Of a stretch of DNA of 64,000 nucleotides, positions 9,759 through 22,149 are shown in pieces. Origin of the DNA: Lepidodermella squamata (Eukaryota; Animalia; Gastrotricha). A program made the position numbers and the translations under genes. Where the stretch lies: positions 620,001 to 684,000 of the forward strand of contig JBLDXI010000030.1 in NCBI GenBank assembly GCA_047495785.1, given 5' to 3'. Positions within the stretch are counted from its first letter, which is position 1. Each line of letters opens with the position of its first letter. The notes beneath the pieces are model-generated. The model searched no databases. It was not told the DNA's origin and was given only the letters and a program-made list of their open reading frames with translations.

Positions 9759-12035
9759 TCAACTGCCCACTACGACGGACTTGAATACCCCTGTACTAGT
9801 TGCAACAGAGTAAATCAAAGCTATGCAGAACATGAAAATATTGTTAATATTCATAATTCCGCTAAACTGGAGAAGAAAGTTTGCTAGAATTCCAAATACC
9901 TGCAACGTGAAAGAAGCCATCGAAGACAGTAGCAAAGGCTTGAACCTGTTCGAATTTTCTATTTTCAATCGCTTCATAGAGTTGAATGCCTTGAAGCTTA
10001 ATATGAGACCCGAGAATGAAATGCAAATGTTAATCATAACTAAGCCGATCGAGTAATCCCCGGAATTCGGCGATTCGCAGCTTATCCGTCTCGCGTAGTG
10101 ATAAGTATCGGTATCATAGTCGTAAATGGGCTTTACATCCTCAGTGTCTTCTAGGCTTTCCAAAACAGAGTCGTGTAATATCCAGGCTAAGCTGATAGCC
10201 AAATTTAAGATTAACCAAGATACAGCAAACCAAAGTCGAGACCCCTCTTTGTATACAACTCTTGTCTCGTCAAGATTTGTCGCTGAAATCGAGTATACTT
10301 CAGAGCGAGAGTTACCTCTTCCCCATCCATGCGTTACTGTCATTGGCTCTGGGGCGGTTCTTCTCCGGTGTGATGGGAGAGACTTGCGGATATCGTAAAA
10401 AACTACTAACAAGCAGCCGTTGATTAACGAAACTCCGCTCGCTAGGAACGTGATTTGCATGCGGCAAAAATTAGTTGAGCCCTGCAGTGTAAACAACGCA
10501 GCGGATGTATTGATTAGACAGAACCCAGACGTGAATAAAGTCAAGGTAACCCGATTCTTTGAATGAGCCATGACACGGAGGGCGAGAAGAAGTTGGCAGA
10601 CTGGGATGAGGCTTGAAATGATGCATCCAACCAGAGTAACAGAAAAACCGAGTTTCCCTATTGAAACTTCAATCGATGCTGAATCCTTCGGAAACAAGAT
10701 TCGTAATCCATTCAGTTCTTGCAACGAATATGATCTGAGGTTGTCTAAATTTTCTTTGACCAGAGCAACTTGATGAGTAACTACCAGGCCCATCTTTTCA
10801 AGACTCCAATACACAACAGATTGCGGCTCGAAGTCATATTCAAGCCTCGCTGAATATCGGAATCTTCCATATCTCAAATTGATGAAGTCGAGCCGAGAAG
10901 CACTTTGATTCGCAGCTTGCATCACAGTGTTAGGATCGGTCTGGAAATCACTCAAGCTCATTTTAGATTTACTAAGAATCTCTTCGGTCCCATTCAAAAT
11001 CATCAAAGCCGTTAGAATTCGATCGTAGCAAAGAAATCTAAAGTCTGAATCTGGGGTTTTAGTCCCATTAGTGTATTTTGAGAATAGGCTCTCGAACTCT
11101 TCAAAGGAGTGGCCTAAAGCTGTTCGAGTGTTCGGAGGTTTCAGAACGTCGAACGCAAACCCGATAAAAATGCTGATTTCAAATTGAGCCAATACCATTG
11201 TCCGGTTGCACTTATCACTAATATTGAACGGCAAGTTGAAGATATCGATGTAAGTTGTTAGCTGAAAGATGAAAAGATACCGGGGCCCGGTAATACCGAA
11301 TAAGAAACATTGGCACAGAAATTTCAAAGCCGCACTAGCTTCACTGGATTCCATAGTGAAAACACGGATATCTCTAGCCTTCAACGATAGTATCAGCTCG
11401 TCGTTGAAGTCGTAGCTTCCTTCAAAAACCTGAACTTGGAAACCGTTCTTTAACGCAGCTTGGTAGAATAAATTCGCCGTGTCGTAGTTGAAAGAATTCC
11501 CCGTGTAGAAAATCATGCCGATTTTACGAATATTAGTAACATTGCTTAGAAAGTATGTCCTAGCGTAGATGGCTAGTTCCGAGGGGCATCGAATTCGGTA
11601 CATGTTAGGATAAAGAGTTCTTCTTGCAGTTTGAACCGGAGAAGTACAGGAGCCTGCGACCATAACTTGGTTCAAATGGTGAGCAGCCATTCCCATAACT
11701 CGGCAGGCTGACGAAAGGAAAGGACCCGTGAAAACAGGCGATGCATTTGGGTTATTCCTCAGGTAGTCTATGGTTTCTTTTACTGAAAATCCACCGCCTG
11801 GGCCTTCGTTGCGGAAATCGATCGTGACATGGTACTCGGGAAGTAAGTCGTTGCGTTTGTTAACGATATCAACAACCATTTCCTGAACAGCTTTGCACAT
11901 CATGTTGTCACGTGGTTCGTAACCAGTCGTCATTATAAGGGATAACACTGAGAGTTTTTTGGGCTTCATAGCCATGGCAGAGAACAACAACGAGCTGGTG
12001 AGAAGTAACCACATTACTAGACTAATCGTTCGCAT
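9759..12035 (-). CDS. Class C GPCR, GABA-B-receptor-like (Venus flytrap + 7TM), intronless
   Basis: Signal peptide; VNKRNDLLPEY, FTGPFLSSAC and YPNMYR flytrap motifs; no Cys-rich domain; about 7 hydrophobic helices at the C-terminus. Confidence 0.85.
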   Translation of the reverse strand: MRTISLVMWLLLTSSLLFSAMAMKPKKLSVLSLIMTTGYEPRDNMMCKAVQEMVVDIVNKRNDLLPEYHVTIDFRNEGPGGGFSVKETIDYLRNNPNASPVFTGPFLSSACRVMGMAAHHLNQVMVAGSCTSPVQTARRTLYPNMYRIRCPSELAIYARTYFLSNVTNIRKIGMIFYTGNSFNYDTANLFYQAALKNGFQVQVFEGSYDFNDELILSLKARDIRVFTMESSEASAALKFLCQCFLFGITGPRYLFIFQLTTYIDIFNLPFNISDKCNRTMVLAQFEISIFIGFAFDVLKPPNTRTALGHSFEEFESLFSKYTNGTKTPDSDFRFLCYDRILTALMILNGTEEILSKSKMSLSDFQTDPNTVMQAANQSASRLDFINLRYGRFRYSARLEYDFEPQSVVYWSLEKMGLVVTHQVALVKENLDNLRSYSLQELNGLRILFPKDSASIEVSIGKLGFSVTLVGCIISSLIPVCQLLLALRVMAHSKNRVTLTLFTSGFCLINTSAALFTLQGSTNFCRMQITFLASGVSLINGCLLVVFYDIRKSLPSHRRRTAPEPMTVTHGWGRGNSRSEVYSISATNLDETRVVYKEGSRLWFAVSWLILNLAISLAWILHDSVLESLEDTEDVKPIYDYDTDTYHYARRISCESPNSGDYSIGLVMINICISFSGLILSFKAFNSMKRLKIENSNRFKPLLLSSMASFTLQVFGILANFLLQFSGIMNINNIFMFCIALIYSVATSTGVFKSVVVGS

Positions 12036-12230
12036 TATCTGGACAGCTATTGAATGAAATGGACGTCATTGCAGACTTAGCACAAGATTTATAATTCTAA
12101 TTAGCTGTTTGAATTGTCACTTGTCACGCCGCATGGTCTTAAGAGGAAGAAACTTTACTACCTTAGTCTTGACTAGCTCACGACTGACGGAAAAATCGAT
12201 AGTACAGGCTGCATAAGTTTGCCGTAGTAT

Positions 12231-13931
12231 CGCTCCTTTTGCCCTATAAGGGAACTTTTCTGGTTTTACCCACCCATTTTCAGTTGAGAACGCCTCCTAG
12301 CATATTGCATTATCGCGGCGCGGCTCAGTACTGTTATTATAAGAATGCGCGGCTCGATGCCTTATACTCTGCAGAATAAATTTATTACATAAAGCCTTTA
12401 TTGCAGTAGTATGGCTGTTTCGCAGAGAATATTTGCAAGATAATCGCCAGAAAACGTTTTTTATGCAAGATAAATTCTGAGATTTTTCGACTTTTTCCCT
12501 CGAAATTCAAAACTTTTACAATTTGGTTTCATTTTCTGCTTCATAAGAGTAATGAAACCACCAGTCCCTTCCACCGTCAAGGTCTTCGAGAAGGACGTTG
12601 CATTCGAGGAAGTCAAATTCTGGGTGAATAATAATTTCCCATTACTCAGAATCAAGTTCTCTGGAAATTCGGGTGGAAAACGTTACGCTTACTACAAGTG
12701 CGAATATTTTATGAAGCATGGCTTCTGAGGTGCCCAGCGTCAGCAAAAATCATCGAAAACAGCGATGGAACAGTAGCTTTCGTTTCTCAAAATCCAGAAC
12801 ATAAGCATGAGCAAGATCCAAATGCGACGAGCAGCAAGTTCTTGCGAATTGACAGCACAGCGTCTGCTGTGGTTAACAATTTCCTCAAAAGCTCCAATCC
12901 AATAGCCGATGGAGAGAAGTTGCAGTCATCAATCGCAGCTAGATACAGATCGATGGGTCTCAAGAACACGCCAATGCCCTCGATAAGTCAATTGAGAAAG
13001 GCAATAGCAACACAACGGAAAAAGCAGAGAGCGAGCAGGCGCAAAGTGGACATTCGCCAGAATATGATCCAAATTCCGACTCCAACCCCGACTCCAACCC
13101 CGACTCCAACTCCAACAGTGCGAGTTACCGATCCCGAAAAAAGCGAACCATCAATTGTTGCTAACTTCCTCATTGTGGCATTTCTCGCTTACACTGGCTT
13201 TCGCCTCCTGAGCTAATTAGCAACTTCAAAATGCGAAACCCCAGAGCCCTCAAGTCAGTGTACAAAACATATGCTGCATGTCAGCGCCTTACTTGCCTGT
13301 CAAATATACGCATTGAAATGAATCAGTTTCAAGTATGTCAGTCTGCACTTGTATACCTGGCTATAGGCTATCAACTATCTCTAATATCTCAATAAAGCAC
13401 AGTTTACTTGAAGAGTCACCCGTCCAGTAAAATAACGCTGATTAATCAGGCATCGGTATCAAAACCATACTATCAAATGTGACTGATTGAACGAGAATAT
13501 GGAGCCGTCAAAACTTGAATTTTTGCTTGGAAAGCTTGGGCTGGCAGGGGATTATGCTACTGAAGGTCTTTGTGCCATGAAGCATTCAATGAACAAGACT
13601 TTCGTTCATTTTATGCTTTTTTCCACTTGAATTTCTGCAGAATACCGGGCGCCAACTGCAAGAAAGCCCGGTTGTTATGCAGAAAGCCAAATTTTCTATG
13701 CAAGATAACCGTTTCCAAATAGCTCATCCTGCATAAAGAATGGGGCGCACACGCGTTTTTATGTAAGAGAACTTGCTGATTGCTCGCATCTTATGCGAAA
13801 TAGTAGACAGCGTGGGTAATGCTTCTGCAGCCCGAGAAAAAAATTACGCCGCTCGCAAACATATGAATTAATACGCGGCTGCGATCATACATCGGTTTTC
13901 GAAGAAGTTCCCTTATAGGGCAAAAGGAGCG
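12231..13931. mobile_element. Non-autonomous DNA transposon, 1.7 kb, perfect 27-bp TIRs, 4-bp flanking duplication GTAT
   Basis: CGCTCCTTTTGCCCTATAAGGGAACTT at 12231-12257 and its reverse complement at 13905-13931. GTAT on both sides. Repeated TGCAAGATAA-like subterminal motifs. Confidence 0.88.
12552..13216 (+). pseudogene. Transposon-borne ORF with WRKY/FLYWCH-type zinc finger, frameshifted near 12730, with (PT)n linker and hydrophobic C-terminus
   Basis: Frame from ATG 12552 gives ...RYAYYKCEYFMKHGF*; another frame continues CPASAKIIE...PEHKH (C..C..HxH). 12-bp CCGACTCCAACC repeats at 13076-13117. Confidence 0.55.
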
Positions 13932-14271
13932 GTATCATCCTTAAATTATCTGTTTCATCATCAGGCATTAGGAACTGAAAAAGGGGTTTTTGAAACATGA
14001 CCTATCGTGATGGCGCGGACCTTCGTGTTTCTAAAAGGAAACCAGTTCAATTATGTGAACATTTTACGTGGGTGATGCAACGGAGTGAAATGGTTGAAAG
14101 GTCATACTGCTAATGTTTTTTATCAATTAACTACAACCGTAGAATAAAGTATGGCCCTCATGATACTCTGACATTCTTAATTCTTAGCTTTATTTGGAAA
14201 GCAGTTCATCTACATCATACCCAAAGCCCACGGCAGATTGTGATAAAGCAGCTTTTGGTGATCGCGAGAAT

Positions 14272-15444
14272 TCAAGATAACATGAGGGAGAAAAGAACTG
14301 CGTCAATGATCATTACAGCCATGCCTGCCACTAGAGCCACTGCCAAGTCCAGAAGGCGATGCACGGGTATAACCAGGCATTTGTGTAATTTGACAAAGCG
14401 AGATTTCATTGTCTCTGGGATGCCAGGGCTCAAACACGTGTAGGCTGTTATAAGCACTGCAACGATGAACTTAGCTGCAACCATATACACAAGATAGACG
14501 TGATCTGAAGTTGTTGGCATCATGCCAAAAATTAAGGTGAGAAATACAACGTAGGACAGCACAACTGTCACGCAAAACGCTGACTGGTCCCTGTTCACAG
14601 GTTCGACTATCAAAGAAATGACTTGAAGGAAGAAAAGCGTGATGGTTGGGATGAAAATGTTACAGACGTAGTAGCCACTTTTGCGGCGAAATCGAATTGT
14701 CATATTAATTCGATCATATCTTAACGCGACCTTGCCCTTCGCTGATACATTGCTGTTATACTCGAGTGGCGCGACAACCGACCATATATCACTATCAACG
14801 ATGAAGGTATCGCCAGACGTTGCATCGATATCAAATAATTCAAGTTGAAATGCTACTTCATTGTGGGAATCACTGGATTCGAAAACTAGCGAGCAGGCTT
14901 GTGTATCGAAGGGAAATTGGCGGTAGCTGAAATCAGTACAGGACACGACGAATCGGTCAAAAATAAAGTAACGCATTGTCTTGAATGAGTCGAACGGATA
15001 TACCCAGACTAGGTCACTGAATTTGCGACCGACATCAGGCGACTCGTAAGCAGTCAAATCATAGATTATAGGAGTCCAAATGTCCATCGTTGAAGTTGGG
15101 AGGTAAAGCTCACTAGGATTGAGTATCGAGCACTCTGCTTCGGATAGTAAATCTGTGCATTTCGGGGTTTCGCATGGCAGGCCCCAAGTCATAGTTAGAT
15201 ATGCAAGTAAAGACAGCTTTTGCTGAACGTCGTCGATTCCCATGAAACGAAAGAGGGCCAGCGATATATTTACGACGACAGGACGGCTGTTGTTCGAAAA
15301 CACGGCTTGGTCCATCGGCAGGCTTTTCGATTGAACGGCCGGGCAATATTCAGCGAATCTCGCTTCCAGCCTGCCAGCCGTTGTCATGGCAGTTCTCACC
15401 GAATCAAGCTTCAGCGCCACCAGCAGAACGAAAAGCGATTTCAT
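14272..15444 (-). CDS. Divergent Cys-loop (pentameric) ligand-gated ion channel subunit, intronless
   Basis: Signal peptide, DIWTP, Cys-loop CTDFSYRQFPFDTQAC, pre-M1 FRRKSGYYVCNIFIP, four TM helices, PTTSD M2-M3 loop. Confidence 0.92.
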   Translation of the reverse strand: MKSLFVLLVALKLDSVRTAMTTAGRLEARFAEYCPAVQSKSLPMDQAVFSNNSRPVVVNISLALFRFMGIDDVQQKLSLLAYLTMTWGLPCETPKCTDLLSEAECSILNPSELYLPTSTMDIWTPIIYDLTAYESPDVGRKFSDLVWVYPFDSFKTMRYFIFDRFVVSCTDFSYRQFPFDTQACSLVFESSDSHNEVAFQLELFDIDATSGDTFIVDSDIWSVVAPLEYNSNVSAKGKVALRYDRINMTIRFRRKSGYYVCNIFIPTITLFFLQVISLIVEPVNRDQSAFCVTVVLSYVVFLTLIFGMMPTTSDHVYLVYMVAAKFIVAVLITAYTCLSPGIPETMKSRFVKLHKCLVIPVHRLLDLAVALVAGMAVMIIDAVLFSLMLS

Positions 15445-15693
15445 GATTTTCAGATTTCCATTGTATGTGTACCCTTGTGCAAGGCCGAAGTAATTCTCTG
15501 ACTCGAATTTGTATGCAGATGAATTTCATCGATCAACTATTTATTCGTCATGTCAAATTTCCTGTGAATACGCAATCATCGGCATCGGTAGAATCGGATA
15601 TAAAAACCTAGGGACTATTAGATATATGAGCTCGAAGCTATGAGAGGCAAGAAAGATTTGTGTGCATAAGGTAAAAACACAGGTTTAGGTATA

Positions 15694-15799
15694 CAGGGTG
15701 TTCAAGAAATAATAGCTAGCTATAAATAGCTTTGCTGCGTTTGGCACGCGATTGGGCGTTTTCGAGCTTAAAGTTAGATATTATTTAACGAACACCCTG
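15694..15799. mobile_element. Tc1/mariner-type MITE (106 bp)
   Basis: TIR CAGGGTGTTC...AAATAAT at both ends, flanked by TA. Confidence 0.75.
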
Positions 15800-16814
15800 T
15801 ATAAAACATAAATAGCTAGGTCTTTGGCTGCATTCTCCCATTCATTCATTTTTAGGACCCGAATTAGCGACTCAACAGATTCTCAGATGTGAGCGTGCGG
15901 TCTTTGTAGTTCTCAAGGCGGGCTATCCAACGACATTTGGCGACGCGGTGCCAAGTGCTCCGCCTGGTCACCCGCAAATTTCAATTTTTATTTGAAGTAT
16001 GCGTCTGTCGCCGGTACGAGTTAGTCGGAACTGCAACTTGGAATCGTCAATCGTCATTTCTCCTATGATTGAGGCTAAACAGAGATACATGAAAAGCGTT
16101 TCTGTAATGCTTGGAAACACAGATAAAAATCAGATAAAAGTTTCTGTATGGCGTAGAATCCGAGATTATCCTTAATTGGAGGATGAAATTGGTCTTGTGC
16201 CTGAACGCCAAGCCGAAAATTTTAGAAATTTCAGGGCGCTTATGTCAAAGGACTATTCTTTTCTTTAAAATCTGGCCTTGGCTCACGCGCATTAGTCACG
16301 CACAAGTTAAATTTTCTCAGCGCTGATTTTTAATAAAATTAATACTGCGAAAGTAGTGACAGTAGCCCTTTGACATCTTCGCGCGCGGAAGACATTTTGT
16401 TAAAAGTTTCGACTTGACCTTTAATTTTACACACCGATTGCGCAACCGACGCTTGGGGACGGGGCGGGAATTGGAACCAATAAGGGGCGGGAATTAAGCA
16501 CCTTCAAGGATTATTAAACTCGGTCTTGATCGTGGCAGTAACCATGACCCTGGCGGCGGTGTAATCAGCTCATGAATAATAATGAGCTGTTCAGTGTTTT
16601 TTCATGAATACATAATGGCTAAAATCAGCCGATCGATGACACTAGCTGGAAATTTGTTGCTTCGAGGTTTAAATGAGAGCTATCAACCACTTATTTTTTG
16701 CATATTTCTATCGTTAAAAATTCGGTACGCTGGGCTTAGCCAAAATCATCTGCCGTAGTCGCCTCGGCGGGCGAAACTTGCGAGAGAGGTGCTGGACCTC
16801 CGGTTCAGGCTGCA

Positions 16815-16847
16815 GGTCCGCCGAGTTGTGGGCCGAGAGTTTACTAG
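16815..16847 (+). mobile_element. Possible Helitron 3' terminus
   Basis: GC-rich stem GGTCCGC/GTGGGCC followed about 9 nt later by CTAG|T. 5' end not identified. Confidence 0.3.
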
Positions 16848-17188
16848 TAATCTTTGCTGATCTTTAATATTAAATATTTAATAAAGGCTGATATTTCGTA
16901 AGCTGAGTTTTAATGACTCGACTGTCGTTCTCTAAAATGTCGTTAGGCCGTTAGCTTTGCTATAGATACATTGATTTTCAGCAAAGCCCTAATGTACATT
17001 GAGCCGAAATTGCGTATTAGATTGCGTGAGCCGATACCTTATTTGTTATCAATTACGCCATTGATTTTTATATCCGGTAAAATGTCAACATGCGCCACAA
17101 TGAAGCGGGAAAAGAATTTCTTTGAATGAGAAACTGATTAAACATTTAGCTTTTTCGCGTCTTCTGGCTCCGATATGTGCGGACAATA

Positions 17189-18475
17189 ATGCTCGCAGCT
17201 CTGATCGTTCAATTACTCGTTTCGATAATACGAGCGGCTGAGTACATACCACCAGAGCGGAAACTTGCGCTGACCTTCATTGAAAGATGCAGCTTGTCTG
17301 AGAAAGCGAGGCCAGTTATCAACGCCCAGGATACTTTGGAGGTGTACAGCAGCTTCATACCCTTTCGGTTCTTAAGAATAAACGATCGAGAGCAAACGTA
17401 AATTTCCAATTTTTTACGGGATTCATTAATGCATTTCATCCGTAGTTTTTCCGTGTTCGGCGAGCTTGATATCAGTTGGAAGCATCCATGCATGACTTGG
17501 GAGGTGAATGACACGGGTATACCTCAGATAGATCTGTTCGCTGCTGAAACCTGGCGCCCAATGTTGACGCATTCAAACGGAGCTGATGATGTAGCATATT
17601 GGGGTCCTGAGAAGTAAGTTAACAACATTTTAACGATGATCCATACAATTTTTTGTTAAGCAGCGTAGCCGATAACCACGGCCTGATTTCAGTAACGAAT
17701 GATGGCACTTTTTTCCTACCCATTGTGTCAACTTTCACATCATTTTGTGCCTTGAAGTTAGTTTCCTAATTCCCGTTTAGGTGATAGATAACTCCTTTAT
17801 CGTTCTAGCCTACGGAAGTTCCCTTTTGATCAACAAGTCTGCACTATTCAGATCGAATCCTGGTTTCCTAGATCTAGGATTCGGATGTTCCTGAGAGATA
17901 ACACTTCAGATATTACTGTTATGGCGAATTTCATTACTTCAGCCGACGTTTGGCGACTTGACAGCGCCAAGGCCTCAATGGGGGTCAATATCTACAGCGG
18001 GATAGGCGACCCAGGAGGAAGTGACTTCGACAAGGCGATTTTTGAATTTCGAATGAATCGCAACCCAGCAATAGCTATTGTCAGTCTCTTCATTCCTAAT
18101 TTAGGCCTCGAAGTCCTGCTGTTAGCCTCTGGAATAATGCCGCCCAAATCCACAGATCGGCCGGCTTTTTGCGTTACTGTCGTACTTGCTTATACTGTCC
18201 TGCTGTCCCTAGTGACTCAAGCTTTGCCTTCGACCTCCGATATCTGCTACGCCTTGGTTTTCACGGCCTTTCTACTCTGTCTCGGCGTTGTTTGCGCGTT
18301 GTATACGCTGCTAGCATGCGAACTTGCTAATCGGGAAAATTTCAAAAAACGTGGAATATCATTTGGATGGTTCAAGATTTCGGTAATCAGACTTGTGGAT
18401 GTGATAGTTTTCACCGGTTTAACGATTTTTACTCTATTCGTGAACTTTGCAATTTTTATTCTAATAACTTCTTGA
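17189..18475 (+). CDS. Divergent Cys-loop ligand-gated ion channel subunit, 4 exons (about 17189-17397, 17446-17613, ~17661-17756, 17809-18475)
   Basis: Signal peptide MLAALIVQLLVSIIRA, WRP motif, spliced Cys-loop CALN|LRKFPFDQQVC, M2 DRPAFCVTVVLAY, PSTSD; ~48-52-nt GT-AG introns. Confidence 0.88.
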
Positions 18476-18687
18476 CTGAACAACTTTATGAGATTTTCGA
18501 AAGAGGATGTTGAGCTTTCTACGTGCAATGGCGTCATCAGGCCAAAATAATCACGCTAAATCTGGCAATCATAGTTTTTCGAACTTCAAACTGCGATTAG
18601 AATGCTTAGAATTAGGAATTAGCCAGTTCACCGCCACCTCGACGAACCACAACTTTACCCCTTCACGTGAACCACAACTTTGTCCCT

Positions 18688-21094
18688 TTACGTGACTCTT
18701 AGATTGACGATGGTAGCGTGCATTCTTCGATGAGTTGGTTGCGGAGATTTTATGAATCCGAAGAAGATAGCTGTCACGGTTGATATTGAGTAGACCAGAA
18801 GACCACTGGCAACTAAGGTCGTGCCTTGGTGAGCTCGAGAGGGCTTATCTATTGCCAGAGCCAGTTCTCCGAGAATGACCGCTAGAGTGATGAGCAAAGC
18901 ATTCCATACAGCTATACGATAGGTCTTAACATCAAGCTTGAATCTAGCTCGAAGCCTCGAAAAGCAGGATTTCCGCATGAGAGCAGCTTGAAAGCAAGCG
19001 ATAAATAGCAATATGACCTGAATCGACACCAGCGTTGTTATCAAGTAGTAACTGTTATTTGACCAACAGGACCGAACTTCAATACTGTAGAAAGAGTCGA
19101 GTTCTGAACTGAATTCAGTTTCAGTAAAACTTGATACATAACTCATTGGCTCAACAATTTGCCATATGACGAAAATCAGCGTGCAACTGCTCACAATGAT
19201 CGATACCACTTGAATGATAGTTTTTTGAAGGGCAATCATTGCCACGTGTTTTACCCTTTCGGCCTTAGCGAGGCTGAATGAAAACCTCAACCGCTGACGT
19301 CGACTGATGTAGAAATGCAAACTCATAAAGCGTATCATAGTAGCCATTCGAATGTAAATCGCTGAATTCACCATTGACAATCCAACCACAGTGAAAAAAT
19401 CCCGAATGTTGCAGTAAATTTGAGGGAAATACACCGGGCCGAGCATAATGACATAAACTGAAACATTCAGGAGCAAACAGCCGAGGAGAACAGCGAATCC
19501 ACTGCAAGTGTTGAAGTAACGAGATCCAGCCGTTTTGAGTCTGCCCCTGATAACAGCAATAGCAACGATTCCAATTATGATTTCGATGAAAAATATGAAA
19601 GTAGCCAGAACGCACAGTACATAGATCGCTGTAAGGTCAATAGAACCTTGGATGCTAACAACCGCTGATAGATCCTTCGGTGCTTTGCCATTCAAAGTTG
19701 CCCAATTTACGGGGGACATTAATTCAATGGTTTGGGTGGATATATTTTTAAATGTAGCTCGATTTCCGGTGAAGTTCACGCGAAAAATGAAATCGCTACT
19801 CGACAGTCTTTTTCCAGTTCTCTGAACCAAGAAAGATGTCCCAGTCATTAGCAAAGATTTCTTGTTGAATGATCTCCAATATTCGAAACGACTACCCATC
19901 TCTGCGAAGGTTTGACTAACAATGGCTGAATCTGGATTGTCGCTACGGAAATCTCGGAGACTGAGATTGCGTGGCTTCAGCGCTGCTTCTGTAGCGTTAA
20001 GAAGGAAGAGACCGCTGAGTAATTGACGATTCAACGCAGCTAATTTAGTCGTGTCGAATGGACATTTTTCTATCATTAGGGCTTTAGCTTGTCCGGATTT
20101 GCTGTAGAGATACTCGCTGTCTACTACCGCTAAGACGGCAGGGGCATATAGATGAAATAATGGATCGTTTGTCCAATGGGTGAGAAACAAAGATATTCTG
20201 ATTTGCTGGTATTGAATGGACAGGTCGCAGGCAGAAGCTGTTAAATCAACTCTGTAGCCAACGCAAGCTGAATTCGGAAAAAACAAGACGTATTCCGGGG
20301 CTCGAATCCCTGCTGCGTAGCTGTCACAATAAATCCTCGGGCAATCATCAGGTAGAAAAGTCCCTGATAGAACGAGAATCCTAGCTAGGCCAAGCTTCTT
20401 CACTGCTAAGAATTCATTGTATGACACGCCAACCTCAGCTTGAACGACTTCTATGCCATTCGCCTCGAAAATCGTTGCATTCCGAATGAGAACATCAGCA
20501 GATCTAAAATCCTCGGTATCAGTGGACAGCAACGCGATTTGGCGCCACTTTCCAATGTGAAGGATCGTATTTATAGTGGCATGCTTGATAAAAGTGTTGA
20601 TAGGATCGTCATTCCAGACGTCTTGTGGCCACGTCCACCAGAAACTACCGAATTGGAACTGGACTTGAGACAGTGATAATGACGCTCTTATCGCCTGAAA
20701 TATACGCTGATATCTAACGTCTTCGGTTTTCAGGGAAAGCTGGGGTCCCATGAAGAATGGAGAGAGCGAAGTGTTTTCCCGAATTTCTGACTCAATAGGC
20801 TTATAGAAGCTCACAATGTCCTGGGAGAGGAAAGCAAGTTCCGTGTCGAAATATTGAAGCTGCAAGCGGTGATTTGGCAGAATTCTTAGGTTCGAATTTA
20901 TGCTGTCCACTAAAAATGCCAAGGCCACTTTCGAACACCGTTGCTCTTCTCCTGCGTCTGAGTTGGCAGAAGAACTTCAAAACTTCAAGACCAGCCGTGA
21001 AGACTGGCACAATTATTGAATGATATTTCGAGAGGCAGCTATCCAGGCTGTTCACGAGCGCTAACAAGAAAACTGACCAGCCAGTGAGCAGCAT
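18688..21094 (-). CDS. Class C GPCR (Venus flytrap + 7TM) with an apparent frameshift near 20975; possible pseudogene or sequence error
   Basis: Signal peptide MLLTGWSVFLLALV (ATG 21094) is in a different frame from INSNLRILPNHRL...FMGP...7TM. No intron evident. TTGAAGTT is tandemly repeated at the break. Confidence 0.75.
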
Positions 21095-22149
21095 GTTTAA
21101 AATTGTCAAGTAAAACGATCAAATATCTTAGTAAAAATTGCGAGGTCGGAAAACCGCGTTTAGTCATGATTAATTAGCCGACTATATTTTGAATCGTGCT
21201 TCATCAAAATGAGCAACAAAAAAACGTGGTCATAGGCTCTGGGGTTACAAGCTTTAGCTGAGAATGTTTTAGGAATACTGCAGACTAACTAGAAAACCTC
21301 ATGAAGTTCCGCTAATCATTAAATGCAATTATTGCGGCGTTGTCTAAAGGGCAGGTGAATCGCAAATAGAGGAAAGCTAGCTTGCCTAATTGACCGCTTC
21401 ATTTGATGGCTAGTAAATTTACGTGACTGTCGTTTTGAAGCTGTGATGAACATTACGTGATGAACAGATAGAGGCGAGTAACTAGCTAGCTTCTTGCATT
21501 TCAGGCTATAGATATTTGCTTGAGAAAAGCTTGAGTTGTTTGAGTGACGGGGAATTCCCCGTTGTCGTGGGGCGTCTTTTTTCGTTCCGTCCGTTCGATC
21601 AGACTGCGTTCCGTCGTTGGGACGTTGAGTGGTATGTGTGTGCGAGGTAATAAAAGAACCTACGTGAGCTCAGCCATTAAGGAAGGATGTGAGCGTAGCA
21701 GAAAAAGTGAGTGGTTCCCTCAATTGATGGAACTAGATAATAGAAGAAATTTAAAATTAGGAGTACTTAAAGATCGTTGACAATTGAAATATGGGGTTTG
21801 GCGAAAATAGGACATCGTAAGATTTTTATGTCGCTTTCAATGTCAATGAACGAGAAGTCAAACCAAATCGTATTCCAGGGCTCGTTATTTGGGCTTTTAC
21901 CATCGCAAAAACTGATTTCGAAAAAAGTACGCCTAAAAATTAAGAGTTTTTATTGCATCAATTAATAATCGCTAAATCGATTTTTTCCTTTGACAATCTT
22001 TGACAGTCCTTTGCTGGATTTTTGAAATTTTGAGAAAGTTAGAACTTGGAAGGTGCTTAGAATTATGAATCTTTCATGTTAAAAAATCACAAAGTCAATG
22101 ACTTGACATGTCTATTTGCCTAAAGCTTGAATCATTTCAAATCTGTGGT

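Noticed and set aside
21440-21722. Possible solo LTR (TATA-like box, AATAAA, ends in CA)
   Set aside because: No TG start with a matching 4-6-bp TSD could be found.
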